DNA from: Deltaproteobacteria bacterium
GTDB taxonomy: Bacteria > Myxococcota > B64-G9
Assembly (NCBI GenBank): GCA_003647095.1
Contig: QMME01000002.1
Coordinates: 1-36,112, forward strand
Direction of reading: 5' to 3'
Length of the DNA: 36,112 nucleotides
Within the stretch, counting starts at the first letter, position 1. Every line of letters starts with the position of its first letter. A model generated the notes under the pieces. That model did no database searches. It was given only the letters and a program-made list of their open reading frames with translations, and was not told the origin of the DNA. Shown piece by piece: positions 8,564 through 18,118 of this stretch. The position numbers and the translations under genes are program-made.

Positions 8564-9430
8564 ATGACCAGGAAGAGAGACAAGAAAAAGCTAGCCAGGT
8601 CCCGGCGAGCAAGCGCAGCCGGCCGGGCCCTGCGGGCCCGGCTCACGCGCAAGGAGCGGGAGGAGATCCTTGCCTTTACCAGGGGCCTGGCCCGAGCCTC
8701 GGGGGCCCTGGCGCTTTCCTACTATGGGCGGGCCAACCCCACGCTACGCTTCGACAGCGTGCTCATTACCGAGGCCGACTTGGTGGTGCAACAGTACATT
8801 CGCCGGGAGGTTGCCCAGGCCTACCCTGATCATACCTTCCTGGGAGAAGAGGGTGACCGCGAGGAGGAAGTGCAGCGGGATCGGCAACGGCCCCTGTGGC
8901 TGGTGGATCCCGTCGACGGCTCTGCCTCCTTTTGTGCCGGCATGCCCATATGGGCGGTGTCGATAAGTCTTTTCGACGGCGGCCGGCCGGTGGTGGGGGT
9001 GATCTACCTGCCGGTGACCGGGGAACTGTACGCGGCCATGGCTGGAGGACCGGCCATGCTCAACGACCGGGTCATTGCGGTGAGGGAACAGTCGGTGGAC
9101 GATGAGTCATTGCTGCTGACCTACTCCCGCTTCCACTCGGATTTCCGGGCCAGTTTTCCCGGCAAGGTGCGCTCCCTGGGGTCCTCGGCCGCTCACATGG
9201 CCTACGTGGCCCGTGGTGCCGCCACGGCGGCCCTGCTGGGGAACGTGCACGTCTGGGACATAGCCGCCGGCCAGGTGATCCTGGAGTCTGCCGGCGGGGC
9301 GTTGCTGGACGTGGGTGGCTCCCGGGTGGAACTGGACGAATACCTGGGCGGTGAGAAGATAGATCGCTTCCTGGTGGCTGCCCCCCGGGGTCTTCACCGC
9401 GAGCTCAGCGACACCCTGCAACTGCTCTGA
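8564..9430 (+). CDS. Inositol monophosphatase family protein with a basic N-terminal extension
   Basis: Motifs FLGEEG, WLVDPVDGSASF and HVWDIAAG (IMPase metal/substrate motifs). ATG 8564 is preceded by GGAGAAGGAGG. The ORF-track start at 8495 has no RBS. Confidence 0.85.
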   Translation: MTRKRDKKKLARSRRASAAGRALRARLTRKEREEILAFTRGLARASGALALSYYGRANPTLRFDSVLITEADLVVQQYIRREVAQAYPDHTFLGEEGDREEEVQRDRQRPLWLVDPVDGSASFCAGMPIWAVSISLFDGGRPVVGVIYLPVTGELYAAMAGGPAMLNDRVIAVREQSVDDESLLLTYSRFHSDFRASFPGKVRSLGSSAAHMAYVARGAATAALLGNVHVWDIAAGQVILESAGGALLDVGGSRVELDEYLGGEKIDRFLVAAPRGLHRELSDTLQLL

Positions 9431-9514
9431 TCCGCTTACCGCAATCCCGGACGCGGTGCCGGCCCGGGACGGTCGATGTCCGCCAGAGGGGGCAGTTGCC
9501 GCTGCGCGGCGTAG

Positions 9515-9543
9515 TTGAAAAAAGTCCTGTTCTTCTCTAGTCT
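9515..9543 (+). promoter_or_regulatory. Sigma70-like promoter candidate for asnS (TTGAAA-N17-TAGTCT)
   Basis: TTGAAA at 9515-9520, a 17-nt spacer, then TAGTCT at 9538-9543, about 30 nt upstream of the asnS start. Confidence 0.3.
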
Positions 9544-9573
9544 GGCCCGCAGGCACACAGCTTCGGGAGCTAC

Positions 9574-10977
<1,404 letters not shown>

Positions 10978-11025
10978 TATCGCGGGTCTGGCAGATCGCA
11001 GCGACTTCGGAAAGGAGTACAAGCC

Positions 11026-11835
11026 ATGGTGGAAATGCGAGGCAAGCAGGTGCTGATAACCGGAGCAGCCCGCGGTATCGGCCTGGCCACGGCCGGCTTT
11101 TTCGCGGATGCGGGCAGCCGGCTGGTGATTACCGATCGCGATGAGGAGGAACTTGCCCAGGCTGCGGAGCAAGTGCGTCGTCGTGGTTCCGAGGTGACGG
11201 CTCAGGTCGTGGACGTGACCGACCAGCAGGCCGTGGAGGCGCTGGCAGCCGAATTGGAGGAGAAGAACCGTTCACCCGATGTCCTCATCAACAATGCCGG
11301 TGTAGGCCATCATGGTTCGCTGGCCTCCACCTCCATCGAGACCTGGCGCCGACTGATAGAAGTCAACCTGATGGGGGCTCTTTACCACATTTATGCTTTC
11401 TTGCCCGCCATGCGCCGGCGGGGCAGCGGGCACATCGTCAACATCTCCTCCGGGCAGGCCTACTTCAAACTACCCACCTGGGGGGCCTACTCGGCGGTGA
11501 AGGCGGCGCTGGGCAGCATGTCGGAGACGCTGCACTTCGAGCTGCGCCGCTGGGGTATCTGGGTGACCACGGTCTATCCCTTCCTGGCCCGCACCGCTTT
11601 CTACGACAACGTGGAGGCCCGCAGCACCGGCGCTCGCCTGTCGATGAAGGTTCTGCCCTATACCGCCGACAGCCCCGAGAAAGTGGGGCGCTTGATCTTC
11701 GAGGCCGTGCGTAAGCGCAAGCGCGTGGAACGGATCAACCTGATAAACGACCTGGGTTTTATTTCCCAGGTGGTTCCGGGCATGTTGCCGCTGGTTTGTC
11801 GGGCGGCGGACGCGGTACTGTCCGAGAAGGAATGA
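11026..11835 (+). CDS. Short-chain dehydrogenase/reductase (SDR) family oxidoreductase
   Basis: VLITGAARGIGLA (TGxxxGxG), NNAG and YSAVKAAL (YxxxK). RBS GGAAAGGAG lies upstream. Confidence 0.88.
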   Translation: MVEMRGKQVLITGAARGIGLATAGFFADAGSRLVITDRDEEELAQAAEQVRRRGSEVTAQVVDVTDQQAVEALAAELEEKNRSPDVLINNAGVGHHGSLASTSIETWRRLIEVNLMGALYHIYAFLPAMRRRGSGHIVNISSGQAYFKLPTWGAYSAVKAALGSMSETLHFELRRWGIWVTTVYPFLARTAFYDNVEARSTGARLSMKVLPYTADSPEKVGRLIFEAVRKRKRVERINLINDLGFISQVVPGMLPLVCRAADAVLSEKE

Positions 11836-12704
11836 GCAGGCGGAGGAAGCGGAGCATGTTCTCCAGGTTGCGGGTCAAGGTGGTGTTGCTGGCTTTGCTG
11901 CTCCGTGCTCCTGTCTTGCCGGCGCAGCAGGTTGGTGAACCAGACCGGCTGGTGGACCAAGGTATCCAGGCCTACCTGCAGGGAGAATACCAGGAATCCT
12001 GTAGCCTGTTGCGCCGGGCCCTGGCAGCACAACCGACAGAGGAGAAGCTGGTGGGCGCCCTGCAATACCTGGCTTTCAGCCAACTGGCACTGGGGCGGGT
12101 GGAGCAGGCCGAAAGTACCTTTCGGCGTTTGCTGCGTTTGCAGCCGGACTTTCAGCTTCCCGTGGTAACACCGCCGAAAATTGCCCGCGTGTTTACGAGG
12201 GTCAAGCGTGACTGGGAGGCGACCCACGCCCCGGTAACCTGGCAGCATCAACCACCGGCCCGGGTATTCCTGGGAGCCTCCCTGGTGTTGAACGTTGGCT
12301 GTTCGGGCGCCCCGGCCGGGGCCCACCTGCTGGTCCACTGGCAGGATGGTGAACGCGGGATCTGGAATCAGCAGCAGCTGCGGCGGGATGCCACCGGGAC
12401 GTGGTCGGTGGCCTTGCCGTCACCGGCGGGAAACCGGGCGCTGGTGCGGCGCTACTACCTGGAACTGGTGTCGGCTACTGGGCAGGTTCTGGCCAGGCTG
12501 CCGGCTGCAGCCGGTATGCCGTTTAGGGTTTCCTTTCAGCCGGCAGAGCCGGTCGTCCTGGAGAAAGAATCATCTACTCCCTGGTGGGTGTGGGCCCTGT
12601 TGGGGGCAGTGGTTGCCGGCGCCGGCACTGGACTGGCCATCGGGTTGACCGCCGGAGGACCCTCCGGGGGGACCGCCCTGGTGCGAATACAGGTGGTGGA
12701 ATGA
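11832..12704 (+). CDS. Exported TPR-containing protein with a C-terminal Gly-rich TM anchor
   Basis: ATG 11832 overlaps the SDR stop (ATGA). Signal peptide MSRRRKRSMFSRLRVKVVLLALLLRAPVLPAQQ. TPR-like GIQAYLQGEYQESCSLLRRALAAQP...GRVEQAESTFRRLLRLQPDF. C-terminal helix WWVWALLGAVVAGAGTGLAIGL. Confidence 0.65.
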   Translation: MSRRRKRSMFSRLRVKVVLLALLLRAPVLPAQQVGEPDRLVDQGIQAYLQGEYQESCSLLRRALAAQPTEEKLVGALQYLAFSQLALGRVEQAESTFRRLLRLQPDFQLPVVTPPKIARVFTRVKRDWEATHAPVTWQHQPPARVFLGASLVLNVGCSGAPAGAHLLVHWQDGERGIWNQQQLRRDATGTWSVALPSPAGNRALVRRYYLELVSATGQVLARLPAAAGMPFRVSFQPAEPVVLEKESSTPWWVWALLGAVVAGAGTGLAIGLTAGGPSGGTALVRIQVVE

Positions 12705-13129
12705 AAGCGGTGTGCTGGTTGGGGATGTTGCCGTTGTTGTTCGTTGCCTGTGGTGGTGAGCAGGGGTGGGGTTCATTGCAGGCCGAGCTGTTGGTGCCAC
12801 GACAATTGGCGGAAAACCTGGACCGGGTGGATGTATATCTATTCGAGACCGAGGCCAACCGTCCGCGTTGCGACGAATTGCAGCAGCCGGAACCCTTCAC
12901 GGGGCTGGAGTCGCGGGCCTTCAAGAAAACCAGCATCAACTTTCCGGCGGTCGACACTGCGGTCATCTCCGCTATTCCCGACCGTGGTACGGTGTGGCGC
13001 TTTCATGCCCGGGGATTGGACGCAGCTGGCGTCCTGCTGGGCCAAGGATGCGATGTCGGTCTCTACCGGCTGGAAGATGGTCAGGAGATCCAGGTGGTGC
13101 TGGAACTCAAGGCGATAGGCTCACCCTGA
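12701..13129 (+). CDS. Small lipoprotein (unknown function)
   Basis: ATG 12701 overlaps the upstream stop (ATGA). MKAVCWLGMLPLLFVACGG carries lipobox L-F-V-A-C. The ORF-track extension back to 12584 overlaps the preceding gene. Confidence 0.6.
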   Translation: MKAVCWLGMLPLLFVACGGEQGWGSLQAELLVPRQLAENLDRVDVYLFETEANRPRCDELQQPEPFTGLESRAFKKTSINFPAVDTAVISAIPDRGTVWRFHARGLDAAGVLLGQGCDVGLYRLEDGQEIQVVLELKAIGSP

Positions 13130-13138
13130 GCCGACGGG

Positions 13139-13540
13139 TTACTTCTTTTCCTTACCGGCTTTCCTGGCGATGAACTGGCGGATGATGCGTTCTTCCACCG
13201 GGTCGAGATTGATGAATTTCACCCCGGCGCCCAGGCCGTCCGGATCGGCCGGAACATTTACCACCTCGCCCTCGGTTTCGATGATCCCCAGATCGTCGGG
13301 GAGCTCGAACTTGAGGTTTACCCGGGTGCCCGGGGGGTGGGGGATGGTGCGTTCGAAGAACACTCCTCCCTCGGAGATGTTGCCAGCCTGCTGGAAGTAG
13401 AGTTCTTCGCCCGTGGACTCTTCCACCCAGAGAGAAACCGGCACCCGCGTGCTGCGCCGGCGATCTCCCTGGCGGCGCTCCACCTTCCTGGTTTCAGGAC
13501 GGGAATCCGGCTTGCCCTGCCTTCTGTCTCGCTTCGCCAT
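13139..13540 (-). CDS. Single-domain PilZ protein (predicted c-di-GMP receptor)
   Basis: RRRSTR (RxxxR) plus NISEGG (D/N-x-S-x-x-G) at canonical spacing. ATG 13540 is preceded by GGGAG (13547-13551). The ORF-track start at 13546 is a TTG. Confidence 0.85.
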   Translation of the reverse strand: MAKRDRRQGKPDSRPETRKVERRQGDRRRSTRVPVSLWVEESTGEELYFQQAGNISEGGVFFERTIPHPPGTRVNLKFELPDDLGIIETEGEVVNVPADPDGLGAGVKFINLDPVEERIIRQFIARKAGKEKK

Positions 13541-13558
13541 GTGCAACTCCCTTGGCTA

Positions 13559-13632
<74 letters not shown>

Positions 13633-13643
13633 ACCGGCAGCGC

Positions 13644-13671
13644 ATAATACCAAAAAGGGCTCACGATGCAA
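13644..13671 (-). promoter_or_regulatory. Sigma70-like promoter for tRNA-Arg, and probably for the downstream PilZ gene (TTGCAT-N16-TATTAT)
   Basis: On the minus strand: TTGCAT (13671-13666), a 16-nt spacer, TATTAT (13649-13644), then 11 nt to the tRNA 5' end. Confidence 0.5.
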
Positions 13672-13693
13672 GTGCGAGGTGAAAGATTCTGGT

Positions 13694-14047
13694 TCAGTGC
13701 AGGACCTTGGCGGTGGCGGCCGGCAGGTCGGCCTGCTGCTGCAGCAGGCCGGTGAAACGAACTCCCATACCGATGAGCAATGAGCGACGATCACCACCGG
13801 GGGTGGTATTGACGAAGCACACGTGGATCACCTCTCCCACGGTGGTCAATTCCACGCTGGAGCCGGGCCAGTTGAAAGTGATCTCCATGCGGCTTCCCAG
13901 GGGGTAGGGATCGGGAGTCTCAATGAACATGCCGCCACGAGAGATGTTGCGGGCGATGCCAAAGGCGGTTCCCCAGGCCCCGTTGATGTATACCGCGAAT
14001 ACCTTGTCGAAGCGACTCTGTTGGCGCCGATCGGTTGATCTGTCCAT
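13694..14047 (-). CDS. Single-domain PilZ protein (predicted c-di-GMP receptor)
   Basis: RRQQSR (RxxxR) plus NISRGG (D/N-x-S-x-x-G). Strong RBS CAGGAGGT 3-4 nt upstream of ATG 14047. Confidence 0.85.
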   Translation of the reverse strand: MDRSTDRRQQSRFDKVFAVYINGAWGTAFGIARNISRGGMFIETPDPYPLGSRMEITFNWPGSSVELTTVGEVIHVCFVNTTPGGDRRSLLIGMGVRFTGLLQQQADLPAATAKVLH

Positions 14048-14066
14048 GCAACCTCCTGTGTGGTAT

Positions 14067-14096
14067 ACAATACTACATGTAGGATATAGTAGTCAA
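14067..14096 (-). promoter_or_regulatory. Promoter candidate (TTGACT-N18-TATTGT) with a 10-bp perfect palindrome in the spacer
   Basis: On the minus strand: TTGACT (14096-14091) and TATTGT (14072-14067). The spacer begins with the palindrome CTACATGTAG (14073-14082). This is a locally AT-rich patch in a GC-rich window. Confidence 0.4.
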
Positions 14097-14122
14097 GTAT
14101 ATTACCTACGTACTTTCTTCGG

Positions 14123-14151
14123 TTGGACAAAGTCGTGGGGTTGGCTACTAT
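14123..14151 (+). promoter_or_regulatory. Sigma70-like promoter candidate for the MshEN-PEGA pair (TTGGAC-N17-TACTAT)
   Basis: TTGGAC at 14123-14128, a 17-nt spacer, then TACTAT at 14146-14151, about 38 nt upstream of ATG 14189. Confidence 0.35.
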
Positions 14152-14188
14152 CTAGCCGTATTGCCGGCTTGGCGGAGAAGGGACTGGA

Positions 14189-14947
14189 ATGGCGAGGAAG
14201 AGACTGGGCGAGGTTCTCATCGAAGATGGCCTGATCGACGAGCGGGAATTGCAGGAGGCGCTTCGCTACAAGGAAAAATCCGGATACCGGCTGGGGACGG
14301 CCCTGGTGGCCATGCGGGTTATTGCCGAGTGGCAGCTTGCCGAAGCACTGGGCAAGGCCCTGGAAATGGAGGTGGTGGATCTGTCGCGGGTCAGGCCGCA
14401 CAAGTCGGCACTGGCCAGAATTCCCCAGCGTCTGGCCGAGCGCTTCGACCTGGTACCCCTGCGCCTGGAAGGACGCGGCGATGACCGGCGTCTGGTGGTG
14501 GCCATGAGCGATCCTCTCAACCGGGCGGTGGTCAGGAGGATGCGAGAGGTGGCTGGTTGCTCCATTCACCCGGTACTGGCGGGGTTATCGTCGATTCAGC
14601 GTGCCATCAGGGAGAGCTACCACGGCAGCACCAGTAGCAGGACCCTGAAGGGAGCCGAGCGCTACTCGGCCCAGGCCCGGGAGTCGGGGCGCCAGAGGAG
14701 CAGGGCCAGTGCCTCTGAAGACTCGTTGCGTGCGGCCCTGGCGGAAGTACGCCGGTTGGGCTCGTCCAAGCCACCAGCTTCGCCCGGTGGACAGTTGGGC
14801 CTGGAACACCGTATACTGGGTCTGGAATTGAAAGTGCGTGCCCTGATACACGTGTTGCTCAAGCACCGGGTGGTATCGGAGAAGGATTACGTGAAGGCAC
14901 TCAAGCACATCCAGGAGGCCGACCGGGACAGGGGAGTGTCCCGGTGA
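14189..14947 (+). CDS. Stand-alone MshEN (T2SS/T4P ATPase N-terminal type) domain protein, a predicted c-di-GMP receptor, with a coiled-coil C-terminus
   Basis: Residues 5-28, RLGEVLIEDGLIDERELQEALRYK, fit RLGxx(L/V/I)(L/V/I)xxG(L/V/I)(L/V/I)xxxxLxxxLxxQ except for the last position. A 5-aa spacer (EKSGY) follows, then a degenerate second copy RLGTALVAMRVIAEWQLAEALGKA. The rest of a GspE_N-like fold follows (VVDLSRV...IPQRLAERFDLVPLRL...LVVAMSDPLN). Confidence 0.8.
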   Translation: MARKRLGEVLIEDGLIDERELQEALRYKEKSGYRLGTALVAMRVIAEWQLAEALGKALEMEVVDLSRVRPHKSALARIPQRLAERFDLVPLRLEGRGDDRRLVVAMSDPLNRAVVRRMREVAGCSIHPVLAGLSSIQRAIRESYHGSTSSRTLKGAERYSAQARESGRQRSRASASEDSLRAALAEVRRLGSSKPPASPGGQLGLEHRILGLELKVRALIHVLLKHRVVSEKDYVKALKHIQEADRDRGVSR

Positions 14948-15768
14948 GGACGGTGCCCGTGAATCGCAGCCTGCAGCAGTCTCTTCGGCTTTTGCTGTCA
15001 GCCATACTGGTTATGGTCCTGGTACCACAGGCCAACTCCCGTTCCCGGCCCAGGGGGTGGCTGGTCATCGATTCGCCCGTTGACGGGGCCCGCGTCTACG
15101 TCGATGGCCGCCTGGTGGGCAAGACGCCATTCAAAAGACCGCTGAAGCTGCGCCCGGGCAAACACCGCCTGAAGGCCACCAAGGCTGGTTTCGGAACATT
15201 CAAGACCGAATTTCGCATCCGCCGGGGACGACGCACCGAAATCTCCGTGGATCTGCTGCCGGTGTCGGGTCTGCTCAAGGTTACCGCCAACATCGACGCC
15301 GCCGAGGTCTATATCGACAACAAGCTGGCAGGACGGACACCGCTTATAAAAAACGTCGTGGTGGGTAAACACGACATCATGGTGATGCGCGAGGGGTACA
15401 ACGATTACGTCAGCGAAATTGTCGTGGAAGCAGGGCAACGACACTTTGTAGAGGCAGTGTTGACACCCTTCCAGGATCTGTCGCCCGAGGTAAAGGCCAT
15501 TGCCGAGCAACAGAAGCAAAAGCAAAAATTGCTTGAACAGCTGGGAGATCGACTTGCCGAAAAACCACTTCCCCCGGCCGAGCAACAGCCGGCGGCTGCG
15601 CCTTGGTATCAAGACTGGTGGCGCAAGTGGTGGTTCTGGACGGCCGCGGGAGTGGTACTGGCCACCGCCGTGGTGATACCGGTAGCGGTAACCGCCGGTT
15701 CTTCCCAGGCCAACCTCAATGCTCATCCCCCGGCCGCCACCATTCAGTTGCAACTCAGGCAACCCTGA
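14944..15768 (+). CDS. PEGA domain protein with a C-terminal TM anchor
   Basis: GTG 14944 overlaps the MshEN stop (GTGA). Signal/anchor LRLLLSAILVMVLVP. Two PEGA-type beta-sandwich repeats (LVIDSPVDGARVYVDGRLVGKTP...KATKAGFGTFKTEF; LKVTANIDAAEVYIDNKLAGRTP...VMREGYNDYVSEI). Trp-rich TM segment WWRKWWFWTAAGVVLATAVVIPVAV. Confidence 0.8.
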   Translation: MRTVPVNRSLQQSLRLLLSAILVMVLVPQANSRSRPRGWLVIDSPVDGARVYVDGRLVGKTPFKRPLKLRPGKHRLKATKAGFGTFKTEFRIRRGRRTEISVDLLPVSGLLKVTANIDAAEVYIDNKLAGRTPLIKNVVVGKHDIMVMREGYNDYVSEIVVEAGQRHFVEAVLTPFQDLSPEVKAIAEQQKQKQKLLEQLGDRLAEKPLPPAEQQPAAAPWYQDWWRKWWFWTAAGVVLATAVVIPVAVTAGSSQANLNAHPPAATIQLQLRQP

Positions 15769-18118
15769 GCTGGCGTCCCCGTTGTTCGAACCACCAGAGC
15801 AGCAGTAATCCCAGCAGGTATATGGTAGCGGCACTGAACTGGGTGAAGCGGTAACCCATGTTCAAGGAGAGGGCCACCGCACCCACCGAGCCGAAAACGC
15901 TGGCGGCACCGTTTATTCCCCAGGCCCAGGGCACCAGGGCGGTGGCACTCTGCCGGTGCAACAGGCGCACCCCCAGCGGCATCATGCGTCCCATCAGCAG
16001 GCCGGGCAATACCAGCAGCAGGCCGGACACCAGCAGTCGGGAGGCCAGGGGCCAGCCCACCAGGGCCCGGAACAGATTCCCCAGGAACAGGGCGTAAGCA
16101 CTGGCCACCAACACCAGGGCCGCCACCGTCCTGCCCAGGCTGGCCATGATGCGCTCCGAAGAAGTCCTTTCGCTGAGGCGGCTGCCAACCCCGGTGCTCA
16201 GCAGGAGCACGAACAGGACCAGCGACAAGGCGTATACCGGGTGGCCCAGGAAGAGAATGAAATGTTGCATCCAGGCCATCTCCAGGGCGATGAAGGCCAT
16301 GCCCAGACAGGCGAAGTAGGCCAGGGCCAGCAGTCCTCGCCGTCCGTGTTCGCGGAAAGCAGCCAGCCGCCCCAGTGCCAGTGGTACCAGAAAGAACAGC
16401 AACACGAACACCGCAACCACCAGCAACAAGTCGGCAAGCAGTTCCACGGCCTGCTGGATGGGGCCACGCTGGCGACCCAGCAGCAGGGCCGGAAAATCGG
16501 CTGGCTTGACGGTGTAGAAGAAGAAGGGTCGATCGTCGCCTGGTGGAGATATGTCGAGTGGGTAGTCGGCCCAGGCGGTGGCCGGAGGATGCGTGGTGAT
16601 GACCTTGCCGAGCAGGTCTCGCGGGGGCGTTGCCGGGTCGAACAGTACGCGCAGGCCGTCTCGTCGGCAGGCGGTTCGCAGGAGTTGCAACTCATTGTCG
16701 CTGAAGGGCGTGGCTTTCAGCAGCAACGAAGCCATGCGGGCATCGGCAGCCACGAAGAAATGCCGGGATAGTTGCTGCAGCCCCAGCCTGTACAGGGCGG
16801 CCACTCCTATGGCGGCCAGGCGTACAAACTCCCGCGGTGGTTGCCGCAACCAGCGGGTCATGCTCAGCACCCCCTGCGGACGCAGGTGGGAGATGAACTC
16901 CGAGAAGGCTTCCACGGTGTAAAGGGTGTTTTCCGAGAGGGTGAAGGCGCCGGCACTGGTGGCGGCCCAGGTGTCGACCAGGGTGGCCTGGATGTATGCA
17001 AACCGTTCACGACTGCGGCGGATGGTGCTGCGTCCCTCACCGATCAACACCCGGATGCCTTCCTGCTCGTACGGGTGGCCGGCATAGTCGGCAAACCTGC
17101 CCAGCATGACATCGTCGACGATGATGTCGTTGATCTCCACACCCACTATGGAGCGTACCCCCTTCTGGTGGGCGGCGATGATGTCGGCACCGCCGCCGGG
17201 GCCGATGATCAGGGCCGGGCCCGGAAAACCCAGCTCGTAGACCAGGGAGGCCAGGCGAGTTTCTGAAAAACGCAGGTTGTCACGCCGGCCGTCCTGCCAG
17301 GCCGAGGCGGCGAAAATACGGGTAGCCGCGTCGGAGTCGATGTTCATCCATAGAAAATCCTTTTCGCCGGGCATGACGGTTATCCGTGAATGCGAGTTCC
17401 AGCGGGCGAAGAGCACGCGCTTTTCGTCGATGGCCTTGACCGAGGGAACCTTGAACAGGCCCAGCCCGGCATCCAGTACCACCAACAGCCAGGCCGCGGC
17501 GACTACTACCACGGTCACCGCTAGCAGCAGGCGCCGGCGCCCGACCAGCAATAGGGCCGCAGTGGCACCGAGGGCCCCGGCCACCAGTACCGCGGTCAAA
17601 CCTCCCAGCAGGTCGAGCAGGGGAATGGTGGCCAGGCAACCGGCCGCGGCACCCCCCAAATCCCAGAAGTACACCCGTCCGGCCCGGTCGGCCCAGCCGG
17701 TCATGGCCATGGCCAGGCAGGCACCACCGAAGACGAAGGGCAGAGCGGCAACCAGATACAACCAGGCCAGGCTGGCCAGTACTTTCCAGCCCCCCCCGGC
17801 CGGTAGACGGGTAGACACCACCACGGCCAGCGCCAGCACCGTGGCCAGGGCAAAGCCCAGGCAGCACCAGGCCATGGTGCGTGGAATTCGGTCCACGCGC
17901 AGCCCCCAGCCCAACACCGTTACCGCTACCCCGGCCACGCCGATGCCGAACAGGGCCAGGCTGACCACCAGGAAGGCGAAGTGGTAGTACAGGGTCACCG
18001 AAAAGACCCGCGTCAGTACCAGTTCGAGAAGTAGCTGGGCTCCGCTGATCAGCGCCACCGCCGCCAGCAGTTTTCCAGATGGGCGGGTGGTTGCAGAAGA
18101 CTGGCTGCCAGCCATCAC
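15755..18118 (-). CDS. Polytopic membrane protein: two homologous ~7-TM modules flanking a spermidine-synthase-like (class I SAM-transferase fold) domain
   Basis: 787 aa. The N-terminal module contains LLLELVLTRVFSVTLYYHFAFLVVSLALFGIGVAG and FWDLGGAAAGCLATIPLL. The central domain contains ALIIGPGGGADIIAAHQKGVRSIVGVEINDIIVDDV...IQATLVD...FTLSENTLYTVEAFSEFISHLRPQGVL. The C-terminal module repeats the N-module motifs (IALEMAWMQHFILFLGHPVYALSLVLFVLLLSTGVGS; AWGINGAASVFGSVGAVAL). The start (GTG 18118 or ATG 18115) overlaps the upstream stop. Confidence 0.8.
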   Translation of the reverse strand: MMAGSQSSATTRPSGKLLAAVALISGAQLLLELVLTRVFSVTLYYHFAFLVVSLALFGIGVAGVAVTVLGWGLRVDRIPRTMAWCCLGFALATVLALAVVVSTRLPAGGGWKVLASLAWLYLVAALPFVFGGACLAMAMTGWADRAGRVYFWDLGGAAAGCLATIPLLDLLGGLTAVLVAGALGATAALLLVGRRRLLLAVTVVVVAAAWLLVVLDAGLGLFKVPSVKAIDEKRVLFARWNSHSRITVMPGEKDFLWMNIDSDAATRIFAASAWQDGRRDNLRFSETRLASLVYELGFPGPALIIGPGGGADIIAAHQKGVRSIVGVEINDIIVDDVMLGRFADYAGHPYEQEGIRVLIGEGRSTIRRSRERFAYIQATLVDTWAATSAGAFTLSENTLYTVEAFSEFISHLRPQGVLSMTRWLRQPPREFVRLAAIGVAALYRLGLQQLSRHFFVAADARMASLLLKATPFSDNELQLLRTACRRDGLRVLFDPATPPRDLLGKVITTHPPATAWADYPLDISPPGDDRPFFFYTVKPADFPALLLGRQRGPIQQAVELLADLLLVVAVFVLLFFLVPLALGRLAAFREHGRRGLLALAYFACLGMAFIALEMAWMQHFILFLGHPVYALSLVLFVLLLSTGVGSRLSERTSSERIMASLGRTVAALVLVASAYALFLGNLFRALVGWPLASRLLVSGLLLVLPGLLMGRMMPLGVRLLHRQSATALVPWAWGINGAASVFGSVGAVALSLNMGYRFTQFSAATIYLLGLLLLWWFEQRGRQLRVA

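Noticed and set aside
7402-8829. ORFs 7402-8301 (-) and 8173-8829 (+) overlapping the TetR and lipoprotein genes and the intergenic region
   Set aside because: They are Arg/Gly/Pro/His-rich shadow frames. They conflict with a clear TetR HTH gene, a lipobox-bearing gene and an RBS-supported IMPase start.
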